Assembly (NCBI GenBank): GCA_038832005.1
Contig: JAWBJZ010000008.1
Location: 1 to 32,000 of the forward strand
DNA: 32,000 nt
Source: Candidatus Caldarchaeum sp.
GTDB lineage: Archaea; Thermoproteota; Nitrososphaeria_A; Caldarchaeales; Caldarchaeaceae
Direction: 5' to 3'
Shown here: piece after piece, positions 15,540-23,745 of the stretch
Numbering within the stretch: position 1 is the stretch's first letter
Layout: every line of letters begins with the position of its first letter
The notes under the pieces: model-generated
Databases searched by the model: none
Seen by the model: the letters and a program-made list of their open reading frames with translations, nothing else
What the model was told of the DNA's origin: nothing
Made by a program: the position numbers and the translations under genes

Positions 15540-16130
15540 ATGAACGTGCAGATTCCAGGATATGCATACGGTTCGAGGGAGTTGGCGAAAGCCCCTGTCA
15601 GCGACGACGAGTTCGAGCTGTTGAAGAAGACGGTTTTGATGACTGACGAGGACATCAAGTACCTCCGTTTGGCTGGAGAGGTTTTGAAGGACCAGGTTGA
15701 AGACGTTCTGGACCTTTGGTATGGATGGGTTGGCTCACACAAGCATCTTGTCTACTACTTCGGGGACAGGAAGACGGGGCAGCCCATATCAGAGTATCTG
15801 CAGGCTGTGAGGAGACGGTTTGGCCAGTGGATTCTTGACATATGTTTTAGAGTGTATGACCGCGAGTGGCTTGACTACCAGTATGAGATAGGTCAACGTC
15901 ATCACAGGTCGAAGAAGAATAAGACGGACAGAGTTGACTCAGTCGAACACATTCCGCTGAGATACATGATTGCGTTCATCGTCCCCATAACAGCGACCAT
16001 CAAACCTTTCCTTGCTAAGAAAGGTCATTCGCCGGAGGAGGTTGAGAAGATGCACAGCGCTTGGTTTAAGGCTGTGACGCTGTCGGTTGCGTTGTGGAGC
16101 ATCCCCTACGCAAACAAGGGCGAGTGGTAG
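15540..16130 (+). CDS. Protoglobin
   Basis: 196 aa from the internal ATG at 15540 (MNVQIPGYAYG...). It is co-linear with the Methanosarcina protoglobin pattern as I remember it: IPGY.YG, DIKYLRLAGEVLKDQVEDVLDLWYGWVGSHKHLVYYF, WLDYQYEIGQRHHRSKKNKTD, IPLRYMIAFIVPITATIKPFLAKKGHSPEEVEKM, AWFKAVTLSVALWS.PY. The track's TTG start at 15462 adds 26 unconserved residues. Confidence 0.9.
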   Translation: MNVQIPGYAYGSRELAKAPVSDDEFELLKKTVLMTDEDIKYLRLAGEVLKDQVEDVLDLWYGWVGSHKHLVYYFGDRKTGQPISEYLQAVRRRFGQWILDICFRVYDREWLDYQYEIGQRHHRSKKNKTDRVDSVEHIPLRYMIAFIVPITATIKPFLAKKGHSPEEVEKMHSAWFKAVTLSVALWSIPYANKGEW

Positions 16131-16132
16131 GC

Positions 16133-16513
16133 TTATCGGAAAAGCTCTCTAAGGTCTTTCGCCTCCCCTCTCTTAACATACATTATTTTTGTGTCGATTT
16201 TGACGCGTAGCCCGAGGCTTCTGAATAGGCTGTAGAGTTCTCCGCCATCTATCGGCTCCGTTATCTTCCCAGCCTTTATCAGCTCAGCAAGCTTGTTCAC
16301 TATGGCCATGGTTTCCTGAGGATATTGTTCGAGGGCTGCTGAGAGAACTTCCCCACCCCTCTCACCCAGCCTTGACCTGACAATCTCGAGCGGCGAGGGC
16401 TCAACATCCTGGGCCGTCTGCTGCTTCACCGCCTCCTGCTGCACCTTCTGCGACATCAGCTTCATCATCCGCTTGAGCTGCAGTCTTTTCAGCTCTATGT
16501 CTTCATCGGACAT
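16133..16513 (-). CDS. PDCD5/TFAR19-like double-stranded DNA-binding protein
   Basis: 126 aa. It has a charged coiled N-terminus, then VLSAALEQYPQETMAIVNKLAELIKAGKITEPIDGGELYSLF, typical of the archaeal PDCD5-related family. Confidence 0.65.
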   Translation of the reverse strand: MSDEDIELKRLQLKRMMKLMSQKVQQEAVKQQTAQDVEPSPLEIVRSRLGERGGEVLSAALEQYPQETMAIVNKLAELIKAGKITEPIDGGELYSLFRSLGLRVKIDTKIMYVKRGEAKDLRELFR

Positions 16514-16519
16514 GCCGGG

Positions 16520-17959
16520 TCACGCAGGACGTCGTACACCAAGCCTGACGTTGTGCAAAAGCACCGAAGGTCCTCCGAACCAGACGGGTATGCCCTGCAT
16601 GGGGTCTCCTTTCCCGCAGTAGCCCGCGTAGAAGCTGAGGTCGTCTCCCACAGCGGCAACCGAGGACCAGAGGCCTTTTGTCGTAAGGTCCACGACAGGG
16701 TCTCTCACCATCTCAGCCAGCTCCCCGTCCCTGATCAGGTAGGCGACGACGCCGACGTATCTCTGGTTCCAGCGACGGTCGTCGATGTTCCATTCTTGAT
16801 AACATTTAACGTAAACACCGTTCCTAACCTGTTCGATCAGTTCTTCGAGGCTTTGGTCGCCGGGCTTGAGGTAGGTGTTCGCCATCCTGACGATGGGCTC
16901 TCGGCTGTAGCTGCTTGACCTTGAGGCCCCGTTGCTGTGCGTGTTCAGTTCCGCCGCAGTCTCCCTGTTGTGGAGAAGCTCGTTCAAAACACCTTTGTCG
17001 ATCAACACACGTTCACGCGACGCCACGCATTCGTCGTCGTAAAGATAGTAGCCGAAGGAATGGGGGAGACGTGGGTCGTCCACGACGGTGACATGCTCGG
17101 AGCCGATGCGTGTTCGAAGCAGGTCGGGCTTTACGTATGTTTCACCTGCTTGAGCGGCTTCGCGCCCCAACATTCTGTCGGCTTCGCCGGGATGGCCGCA
17201 TGACTCGTGACAGACAAGCCCAACGATCTCCGAGCCTAAAACAACGTCCAACGGCTCTTTAGGCGGCTCGACGCCCCTCGTCAAAGCCATGCTTATGTCC
17301 CTAGCTTCGGAGCCCATTCTCCGAGGCAAGTCCCATCTCTCCACAGCCTCCCATCCAGCAGCCTCGCCCAAGTTCTCGAAACGCTGGACGGAGCCTTTCT
17401 GCGGGTGGAAGGCGGTGATTATGTAGTGGCATGCGGCTCTGCTGACCTTATACCTGACGTTGCCGCCGTCGCTGTTGACGACGTGTTTCTCGGTATCCCA
17501 CCGGCCTACGCTGATGATGCGTGAGACAAGCTTAACGCCATGTTTCTCCGCCGCCTCGACGGCTGTTCTGTCCGCCTCCTTCAGAAGCTCCATCATGTCA
17601 TTGACGTCGACATTTTCAAACTTTACACGAGGCTTTTTGACGTCGGAAGCCGAGACAAGCTTTTCCTCAGACATCCTAACCTTCTGCGACTTTTGAGCCG
17701 CTGCTCTAGCGATGGAGTAGGCTTCAGCCACGGCTTTTCTGACTGACGCGCGGTCGAGTTTGTTGACATATGCGAAGCCTAGGCTTCCGTCAACCAGCAG
17801 CCTGACCCCTATTCCTTTCTCCACAGACTCGGCTGAAACCTCTGGAACTCCGTTCTTGAGCAAAACCTCCGACTGATGGTCTGCTTGAAAACGTGCTTCA
17901 ACGTAGGATGCGCCAAGCTCCGCGCCTCTCCTCAGCACAAGCTCGAGAATGTCCTCCAT
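16520..17959 (-). CDS. tldD: TldD/PmbA-family metalloprotease (TldD-like)
   Basis: 479 aa. Metal-binding motif HESCGHPGEADR (HExxxH...E.D), family-typical length, and a Gly-rich C-terminal part (GYCGKGDPMQGIPV). Confidence 0.85.
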   Translation of the reverse strand: MEDILELVLRRGAELGASYVEARFQADHQSEVLLKNGVPEVSAESVEKGIGVRLLVDGSLGFAYVNKLDRASVRKAVAEAYSIARAAAQKSQKVRMSEEKLVSASDVKKPRVKFENVDVNDMMELLKEADRTAVEAAEKHGVKLVSRIISVGRWDTEKHVVNSDGGNVRYKVSRAACHYIITAFHPQKGSVQRFENLGEAAGWEAVERWDLPRRMGSEARDISMALTRGVEPPKEPLDVVLGSEIVGLVCHESCGHPGEADRMLGREAAQAGETYVKPDLLRTRIGSEHVTVVDDPRLPHSFGYYLYDDECVASRERVLIDKGVLNELLHNRETAAELNTHSNGASRSSSYSREPIVRMANTYLKPGDQSLEELIEQVRNGVYVKCYQEWNIDDRRWNQRYVGVVAYLIRDGELAEMVRDPVVDLTTKGLWSSVAAVGDDLSFYAGYCGKGDPMQGIPVWFGGPSVLLHNVRLGVRRPA

Positions 17960-18025
17960 ACCTGTTTCGAACAGTTGAGTCGGGTTATTAAAGGTGATAC
18001 TGGAGAAACCCCGAAGGAGAAGATG

Positions 18026-18310
18026 TTAGTATTTCGTGTCTTTTGTTGCTTCGGCTAGGTAGAGGAGGGTTTTCGCCCTGTGGTATGTTAGACGAGCTCT
18101 TTCAAGAAGTCTGAGCCTTTCCTGCTCGTCGATTCCCGGCGACCCGCTGGAGAGCTTTTGAATAAGCTCCTCGAGGATTACGACGACGAGGTCGAGCCGG
18201 GCTTCCATAGCCAGCATCCTCTCACAGTACTCAAGCTGCTCCACCAGCGAAGCCAGGACATCCGCCCTGCTTACCGTCATCCGTCTGACAGACGGGCTTA
18301 AAGCAGGCAT
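18026..18310 (-). CDS. Hypothetical small helical protein
   Basis: 94-aa ORF, ATG start, divergent from the PPAT gene. It is Leu/Glu/Arg-rich and predicted helical. I recognise no family. Confidence 0.45.
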   Translation of the reverse strand: MPALSPSVRRMTVSRADVLASLVEQLEYCERMLAMEARLDLVVVILEELIQKLSSGSPGIDEQERLRLLERARLTYHRAKTLLYLAEATKDTKY

Positions 18311-18347
18311 AATAAGTTTTTCGCATACAATAATATAGTGAGTTGAC

Positions 18348-19082
18348 GTGGGGGCTGCTGTGGAGCCTTTTTATCCAAAGGTCGAGTGGCATGTTCTCGT
18401 GGAGACGGTTCATGCTCTACCTCTTTACGCAAGTCACAAAGCCTACGTCCGCGACAAGATACTTCTCAGCAAGCCGGACATCACGGTTGAGGAGCTTGTC
18501 AGCAGGCTTGGGATGACAAGCGGGGAGGCGATGGTCATCCTCTGGGAGCTGAGGAAAACCGGCGGCGAAGTTCTTCAAATGCTGAAGGTGGAAAATGTTG
18601 AGAAACCGCGTTACACTCTGGCAGCCTTAGGCGGAACCTTCTCCATGATACATGTAGGGCATATGGCGCTGCTGCTGACAGCTTTCCAGACCGCTGAAAA
18701 AGTAATCATAGGGGTCACCTCGGACGCATACGCATCCACCCTCTCCAAACAACATCCCATACCATCCTTCGAGGAGAGGACCGCCATGATCAGGCGGTTT
18801 CTCGCAGCACAGGGATGGGCTGAGAGAAGCAGAATGGTCAAGCTGGAAGACCCATACGGCCCAACGGTCGAGGACCCAACGATCGAAGCCTTAGTAGTCA
18901 GCCCTTCGACAGCCAGCAGAGCTGTGGAGATAAACTCGAAGCGGGTGGAGAGGATGATGAAGCCTCTCGAGGTGTTTGTCTGCCCTCTCGTCGTGGCTGA
19001 GGATGGCCAGCCCGTCTCATCGACACGTGTGATGAAAGGTGAGATAACGGTGGAGGGTAGGCTTGTCAGGCGTGAGAGTTAA
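18348..19082 (+). CDS. Archaeal-type phosphopantetheine adenylyltransferase (cytidylyltransferase fold) with N-terminal winged-helix-like extension
   Basis: Core from about residue 90: ALGGTFSMIHVGHMALL (GGTFxxxHxGH), VIIGVTSD, PSFEERT, LEDPYGP, IEALVVSPST, SSTRV. About 90 extra N-terminal residues include ILLSKPDITVEELVSRLGMTSGEAMVILWELRKTG. The GTG start at 18348 is uncertain (alternatives GTG 18399, ATG 18579). Confidence 0.75.
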   Translation: MGAAVEPFYPKVEWHVLVETVHALPLYASHKAYVRDKILLSKPDITVEELVSRLGMTSGEAMVILWELRKTGGEVLQMLKVENVEKPRYTLAALGGTFSMIHVGHMALLLTAFQTAEKVIIGVTSDAYASTLSKQHPIPSFEERTAMIRRFLAAQGWAERSRMVKLEDPYGPTVEDPTIEALVVSPSTASRAVEINSKRVERMMKPLEVFVCPLVVAEDGQPVSSTRVMKGEITVEGRLVRRES

Positions 19083-20008
19083 AACAACGCTGGCACAAGG
19101 TTTGTCAAAACAAGATAAGAAATCAACATGACGAACGGCGACATTTTTCTCGAAGTGTTGTGAAGAGCTGAAACGCAGAACCCGAGATAAACCGATGTCA
19201 AAGCCTTCCACGACACGTTTCTGACGAGGCTAAGCTGGACGAGAAAAGCACCCGGTTCACCTCTCACCGCCGCCACAGAAGTCAACACAACGTTTTTGGC
19301 GTTCAAGCTTGTGAAGCTGAGGCTTTCGACAGCTATTTTTTCCGGCAGCGCGTGGGGAGGGGCTGATGGCTGCGTGAGCGTGGCTTTAAGCTGCGTCGTC
19401 CTCAGAAGGCTCGTTATCTCCTCAGCCGTGTAAACACCAGACGCGACAGGCGTCTGGTTTTGATGAACCCTTGCGACATCCGCTTTCTTGGCGTAGAGTA
19501 TGTCAGCCTCGACACCAGTCCTCCCTCCTTCAGACCCAGTCCACACGAGCTTCGCGCCGTGGAAAACCACATCCGTGAACTCAACTCCGAAAACATAGTA
19601 TCTCTCGGACGGCGCGCCAGCGGCGAACGCAACGTAGACAATGTTTACAATTGCCAGTATGATGAAGAGGTGGAGCACGGCGTTGATGAAGGTTTTCATC
19701 GAAGCGCTGGATTTTCCGAAAAGCCTGCCCATAATCCTCCCCACCCCCACAAGCATCACCAACGCCACGAACACTGTCGTCAGGCTTGACATCACCAAGT
19801 AGTCGGGGCTGAAAAGACGTATCTCAGCCATAGAATACTCTCCCAAAGCAACCTCGTAGACGGTTTTGTAGCCGACGATGTAGAGTGAGACGAGTATCTG
19901 TGAGACGGCGGCTATGCTAAAAATCGTCAGGCCTTTTTTCACGTTGAGCTGCGACTCCAAGGATGTGAAGAACCGTGAGGGGTGGCTGAAGAAGGTAAGC
20001 AGGCCCAT
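19079..20008 (-). CDS. Integral membrane protein, Yip1-like N-terminus, with a ~130-aa non-membrane insert
   Basis: 309 aa. The N-terminus FFSHPSRFFTSL is followed by three hydrophobic helices. Next comes a soluble segment (YYVFGVEFTDVVFHG...), then two C-terminal helices. Confidence 0.5.
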   Translation of the reverse strand: MGLLTFFSHPSRFFTSLESQLNVKKGLTIFSIAAVSQILVSLYIVGYKTVYEVALGEYSMAEIRLFSPDYLVMSSLTTVFVALVMLVGVGRIMGRLFGKSSASMKTFINAVLHLFIILAIVNIVYVAFAAGAPSERYYVFGVEFTDVVFHGAKLVWTGSEGGRTGVEADILYAKKADVARVHQNQTPVASGVYTAEEITSLLRTTQLKATLTQPSAPPHALPEKIAVESLSFTSLNAKNVVLTSVAAVRGEPGAFLVQLSLVRNVSWKALTSVYLGFCVSALHNTSRKMSPFVMLISYLVLTNLVPALF

Positions 20009-20055
20009 CCCAGAAAGGCGGTACAGCGCGTTAATAGACCTGTATCCTGAAACGG

Positions 20056-20064
20056 CTTATATAC
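20056..20064 (+). promoter_or_regulatory. TATA-like box for the radical SAM gene
   Basis: CTTATATAC lies 24-32 nt upstream of ATG 20088, suggesting a leaderless or very short-leader mRNA. Confidence 0.35.
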
Positions 20065-20087
20065 AGGTTTTAAATCAGCACGTTAGA

Positions 20088-21809
20088 ATGGTGCAAGTTG
20101 TCTTAACCTTCGACCCCTCGCTGGGGCATAGGTTTCACGACTTCCCGCTGTTAAGCTTCCTCCCATGCGCCCCCGTAAAGTATGTTCCAAGCCCGGTTTA
20201 CCATTACCTCTCGCTTCCAGACGTGCCCTACGACCCTCATGGAAGGGCTTTGCTGGCCCCTTACGCAATAAGAAAGATAGAGGCATGCCTCGTCAAGAAA
20301 TCCAAGCTTGAAGTAGTTGTAGCACATCCAAGGTTTGTCTCCCGCTTCATCGGCCCCGACACGAAGATAATCGGCGTTAACACGATGGACCCGCTCGGCC
20401 TAGGCCCCTTGACCCTTATGTTCAACAACGCCGGCAGGGAAAAATCATGGGTGACGAAAGAGTTTGAAGAACTGATGGCCCTGATAGCTGTGGCGAAGAA
20501 AAACACGGGATGCAGGGCGAAGGTTGTGGTCGGAGGCTCCGGCGAATGGGAGTTCGAGCACAGGAAAGAGGAGATTGAGAGGCTTGGAATAGACTATGTT
20601 GTCCAAGGCGAGATGGACGACATCGTGCATCTGCTTTTCGAACAGCTGGTTGAGGACAGCCTCGACAAAACAATGTTCATGCACGGCTACAAAACAACAA
20701 CCTTCGACGCCCACGGAAGGCCTTTCATCCGCTACGTCCAAGACCCGGCGGGAAGGTTCATCTGCCGGAACCCAGCCTCGAAATACAGGCTTCCCAAAAT
20801 AGAAGACATCCCCACCATAGTAAACCCAGCCATAAGCGGCCAAGCTGAGATAATGCGAGGATGTGGAATAGACTGCGACTTCTGCGAGGTAACGACAAGG
20901 CCTCTCCGCTACTATCCGCCTGAGAAAGTGTTGGAGGAGGTGGAAGTCAACCTGAGGGGAGGTATCGACAACGCATGGTTTGTGACCGACAACCAATGGG
21001 CTTACATGGTCCGCGACCCGCAGTTCTGGCCCAACAAGGAAGCCATCTTCAGGCTTTACAGAACAGTCATGTCTAGGGTCAGCAAAGCCAACCCGATGCA
21101 CGCCACGCTGGCGCCTGCTGCAGCAGACCCTGAGGCCGCGATGGGTGTAGCCAAGATAGTTGGAGCCGGGCCTGACAAGCATATAGGTGTTCAGATTGGG
21201 CTTGAGACTGGAAGCGACAAGCTCATCCTCAAGCACATGGCTAACAAGGCGAAGCCTTTGAAAGTTGGTGTGGATGGGACGTGGGCGGAGATAGTTGTCG
21301 AAGGCCAGAAGGTTTACAACGCCGCCTACTGGATACCCGCCTACACCATAATCCTAGGACAGGAAGGAGAGACAGACGAAGACAGCTGGGATACGATAGG
21401 GCTGATAAACTACATGGCCTCGCTCAACCTCTACTTCACGGTTACGCCCATGGCTTTGGTCAACCTCGGCTCTCTCAGAGGAACCAACGTTTTGACGGAT
21501 GTTTACGCAAAGCTGACGCCAGCTCAGGCGGCGTTGATATACGTGTGCTGGCGGAACACAAAACGCATGGCCGAATCCATAGCTTTCAAAATCTCCAAAG
21601 ACAGCTTCCTGCTCCGAATCCTAACCACCACAATCCTCAACGCAGGCGCAAGGTTCTGGCTCGACAGGCTGGAAAAATATTTCACAAGGCTTGGCAAGGA
21701 GTATGAGAGGGCGATAGGCAAAGCCAAAACATACACGCACATAAAGACGATGGGAACGGACTTCAACAAACTCAGACAACAGTACAAGGCTATGAGAGTA
21801 GCTGTATAG
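20088..21809 (+). CDS. B12-binding-domain-type radical SAM protein, function unknown
   Basis: 573 aa from ATG 20088. The track's start at 19914 would overlap the divergent membrane-protein gene. It has a Rossmann-like N-terminal half (KIIGVNTMDP..., KVVVGGSGEWEF) and the radical SAM cluster motif EIMRGCGIDCDFCEV (CxxxCxxC). There are only eight Cys in total. Confidence 0.75.
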   Translation: MVQVVLTFDPSLGHRFHDFPLLSFLPCAPVKYVPSPVYHYLSLPDVPYDPHGRALLAPYAIRKIEACLVKKSKLEVVVAHPRFVSRFIGPDTKIIGVNTMDPLGLGPLTLMFNNAGREKSWVTKEFEELMALIAVAKKNTGCRAKVVVGGSGEWEFEHRKEEIERLGIDYVVQGEMDDIVHLLFEQLVEDSLDKTMFMHGYKTTTFDAHGRPFIRYVQDPAGRFICRNPASKYRLPKIEDIPTIVNPAISGQAEIMRGCGIDCDFCEVTTRPLRYYPPEKVLEEVEVNLRGGIDNAWFVTDNQWAYMVRDPQFWPNKEAIFRLYRTVMSRVSKANPMHATLAPAAADPEAAMGVAKIVGAGPDKHIGVQIGLETGSDKLILKHMANKAKPLKVGVDGTWAEIVVEGQKVYNAAYWIPAYTIILGQEGETDEDSWDTIGLINYMASLNLYFTVTPMALVNLGSLRGTNVLTDVYAKLTPAQAALIYVCWRNTKRMAESIAFKISKDSFLLRILTTTILNAGARFWLDRLEKYFTRLGKEYERAIGKAKTYTHIKTMGTDFNKLRQQYKAMRVAV

Positions 21810-21837
21810 ACAGCTGGAAACTGTGGGCTCAAGCTCT

Positions 21838-22311
21838 TTACGGGTCGTCCAAAGCTTCAAGAAAATCTTTAAAACTGTTCAGTTTTTGCGCGAGTTTCTC
21901 AGCGTCTATTCTCTCGCCATAGCTCGGGAGCTTGTACTTCTCATACCTGTGGTTGTGTCTCAGATAGCTCAGGGCATTTTCCTTCCGCGGGTCTACGCAT
22001 TCGCCGGCCACAATCCAATCCTCAATAGCGTTCTCCACAACCACTACGTGTAAACCGTCTATCGGGCCGCAAGCCTGTTTAACGCTACTTTCTACTTCGA
22101 GAGGGGTTTTGCCGTGCGCATCGACGACCACTATAACCTTGCCTCTCATTCTGGCGGCGGCGACCGCTCTGGCCGCCTTGCTGTCAAAAGGCCCTTTCAT
22201 TGATTTTATGGAGATGCCTAGCTGGTGGGGTTCAGCTTTTTTGATTTTCTTTATCAGGTTTCTAAAGAAGCCTTTTCCGTATGCGTCTTCGCAGAAAATA
22301 GTTTTGACCAT
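21838..22311 (-). CDS. Small Toprim-like / DUF4276-RloB-like protein, candidate nuclease partner of the upstream ATPase
   Basis: 157 aa. Its ATG lies 1 nt after the ATPase stop (TAA-C-ATG). It has three acidic beta-strand-end motifs in Toprim order: TIFCEDAYGKGFF, KVIVVVDAHGK and HVVVVENAIEDWIV. The assignment rests on motif pattern only. Confidence 0.45.
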   Translation of the reverse strand: MVKTIFCEDAYGKGFFRNLIKKIKKAEPHQLGISIKSMKGPFDSKAARAVAAARMRGKVIVVVDAHGKTPLEVESSVKQACGPIDGLHVVVVENAIEDWIVAGECVDPRKENALSYLRHNHRYEKYKLPSYGERIDAEKLAQKLNSFKDFLEALDDP

Positions 22312-22312
22312 G

Positions 22313-23671
22313 TTATTGTAGGCCGTATAGCCACATTTCGCTCGGCGTCAACCCCTTCTCCTTCATCCACCGCCTGACTTGCTCGAGGTTTTCCACACGC
22401 TTGACAACGCTGCCCTCAGGTGTCCTCTCCACCAGCAAAAGGCTTTCCAAACCAGCCACGTCAACAACAACAGGCGAATGAGTGGCAACCAAGCAGAGAA
22501 CACCCGAGTTCTTCAATTCATGCACAACATATTCTAAGACTTCGCTGTGAAGAGAGTTCTCCAGCTCGTCTATGCATAATACGGAGGGCTTGCTCTCAAC
22601 CGCCGTCAGGATGTGGAGAAGCTTGTAAAAGCCGTCGGGTATGCTCGGCGGATGTATCTCAGCCCCATTAAGCTTGTCTGTTACAGAGAGAAAAACGCGG
22701 CCGTCAGCTGTTGGCTTTATTTGGATTGCAAAATCAGGGAACAGGTTTTTTAGAGCATTTTCGATTCTTTCTGGTAATGCACCGGACAGAAACATCCGGG
22801 CGATCAGTAGGTTAAGCGTTTCACCTCTTTCTGAAGGGGTATCGGGAAAACCAGCCATTATACTAGGCTCTCGAACCTTACCCATGTCAGGATGGCGGAT
22901 GAATGATACGCCTCTGAAAAACCGCCTGATATTACGAGTTACATATTGGAACAGCGAATCGTTTTTATCTTCTAGGTAAGGGCTTATCAAGTTAATCCTT
23001 GTTGCACGAGTTCTCTGCCCATTGAGCGTGAATACCATTTCACGTGTTCTTATGTCAGTTAATGCGATTTTGTTTTCCACTGCGAGGTCTCTGTAAACTA
23101 TAGGTGCAATTATGTCAAAAGATGATAATGTCGGTAATATGCTTATTGGTATTTTTTCCAAGATAACCGTCTCTGTTCCCCTAGTTATATCTTCTATTTT
23201 GATTCCATGTCTTTTTACACGGTGTATAATGTATTCTCTGACGGTGTTTATGTGTTCTTCGATGAATTGCTTCTCCTTAACAACTCTGAGTATGTCTCCT
23301 TCTCTGCTGATCATTGCTACCCCGTGTAGGTTGATTGTTTCCTGGATAGGTCTGACCATTTGTTCTATATTGGTGAAGGCCACCTCATAGGTTGCCTTGT
23401 AGTTTTCTGGGCATTCGAATTCAAGCTCGAATGTTATGGGCTTTGTTTCGTCGTTGCCGTAGACGATGTTTCTGTAGGACCACCATTCGAGATGGGGTGC
23501 GTATGGTGATGTGATGTCGCCGAGGGCTTTCTTGAGGAACTTGAAGGCTTCCAGCAGGTTTGTTTTTCCTGAGGCGTTTGGGCCTACTAGGACGTTGAGG
23601 CCGTCGTTCAGCTCGACGACCGTGTCTTTGAAGGACTTCCAGTTGCGCAGCCGTATCCTCCTAAGCTTCAT
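22313..23671 (-). CDS. ABC/SMC-like ATPase of the AAA_21/AAA_15 (OLD/AbiL/AriA-like) type
   Basis: 452 aa. IRLRNWKSFKD...LNVLVGPNASGKTNLLEAF (Walker A), then a ~300-aa insert. This is followed by PDGFYKLLHILTAV (signature-like), VLCIDELENSLH (Walker B/D-loop) and LVATHSPVV (H-loop). It has its own TATA-like CACTTATATGTG and a GGAG upstream of the ATG. Confidence 0.8.
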   Translation of the reverse strand: MKLRRIRLRNWKSFKDTVVELNDGLNVLVGPNASGKTNLLEAFKFLKKALGDITSPYAPHLEWWSYRNIVYGNDETKPITFELEFECPENYKATYEVAFTNIEQMVRPIQETINLHGVAMISREGDILRVVKEKQFIEEHINTVREYIIHRVKRHGIKIEDITRGTETVILEKIPISILPTLSSFDIIAPIVYRDLAVENKIALTDIRTREMVFTLNGQRTRATRINLISPYLEDKNDSLFQYVTRNIRRFFRGVSFIRHPDMGKVREPSIMAGFPDTPSERGETLNLLIARMFLSGALPERIENALKNLFPDFAIQIKPTADGRVFLSVTDKLNGAEIHPPSIPDGFYKLLHILTAVESKPSVLCIDELENSLHSEVLEYVVHELKNSGVLCLVATHSPVVVDVAGLESLLLVERTPEGSVVKRVENLEQVRRWMKEKGLTPSEMWLYGLQ

Positions 23672-23745
23672 CTACTCCAAGCCTAACAAGACCCCCACAC
23701 ATATAAGTGTTGGTACTTGTCGTGCTATTGAATTCCGCCTGTAAG

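Noticed and set aside
19914-20087. 58-codon N-terminal extension of the radical SAM ORF
   Set aside because: It would overlap the divergent membrane-protein gene by 95 nt. The ATG at 20088 has a TATA-like box at the right distance.
20445-21236. 263-aa minus-strand ORF (also 20261..20506 and 20422..20673)
   Set aside because: It is antisense to the radical SAM gene, which carries the clear CxxxCxxC motif. It has no motifs of its own.
20088-21809. Assignment of the radical SAM protein as tetraether synthase (Tes / GDGT-MAS)
   Set aside because: As I recall, that enzyme carries several auxiliary Fe-S or rubredoxin-like sites that need many Cys. This protein has only eight Cys including the CxxxCxxC triad, so I leave the function open.
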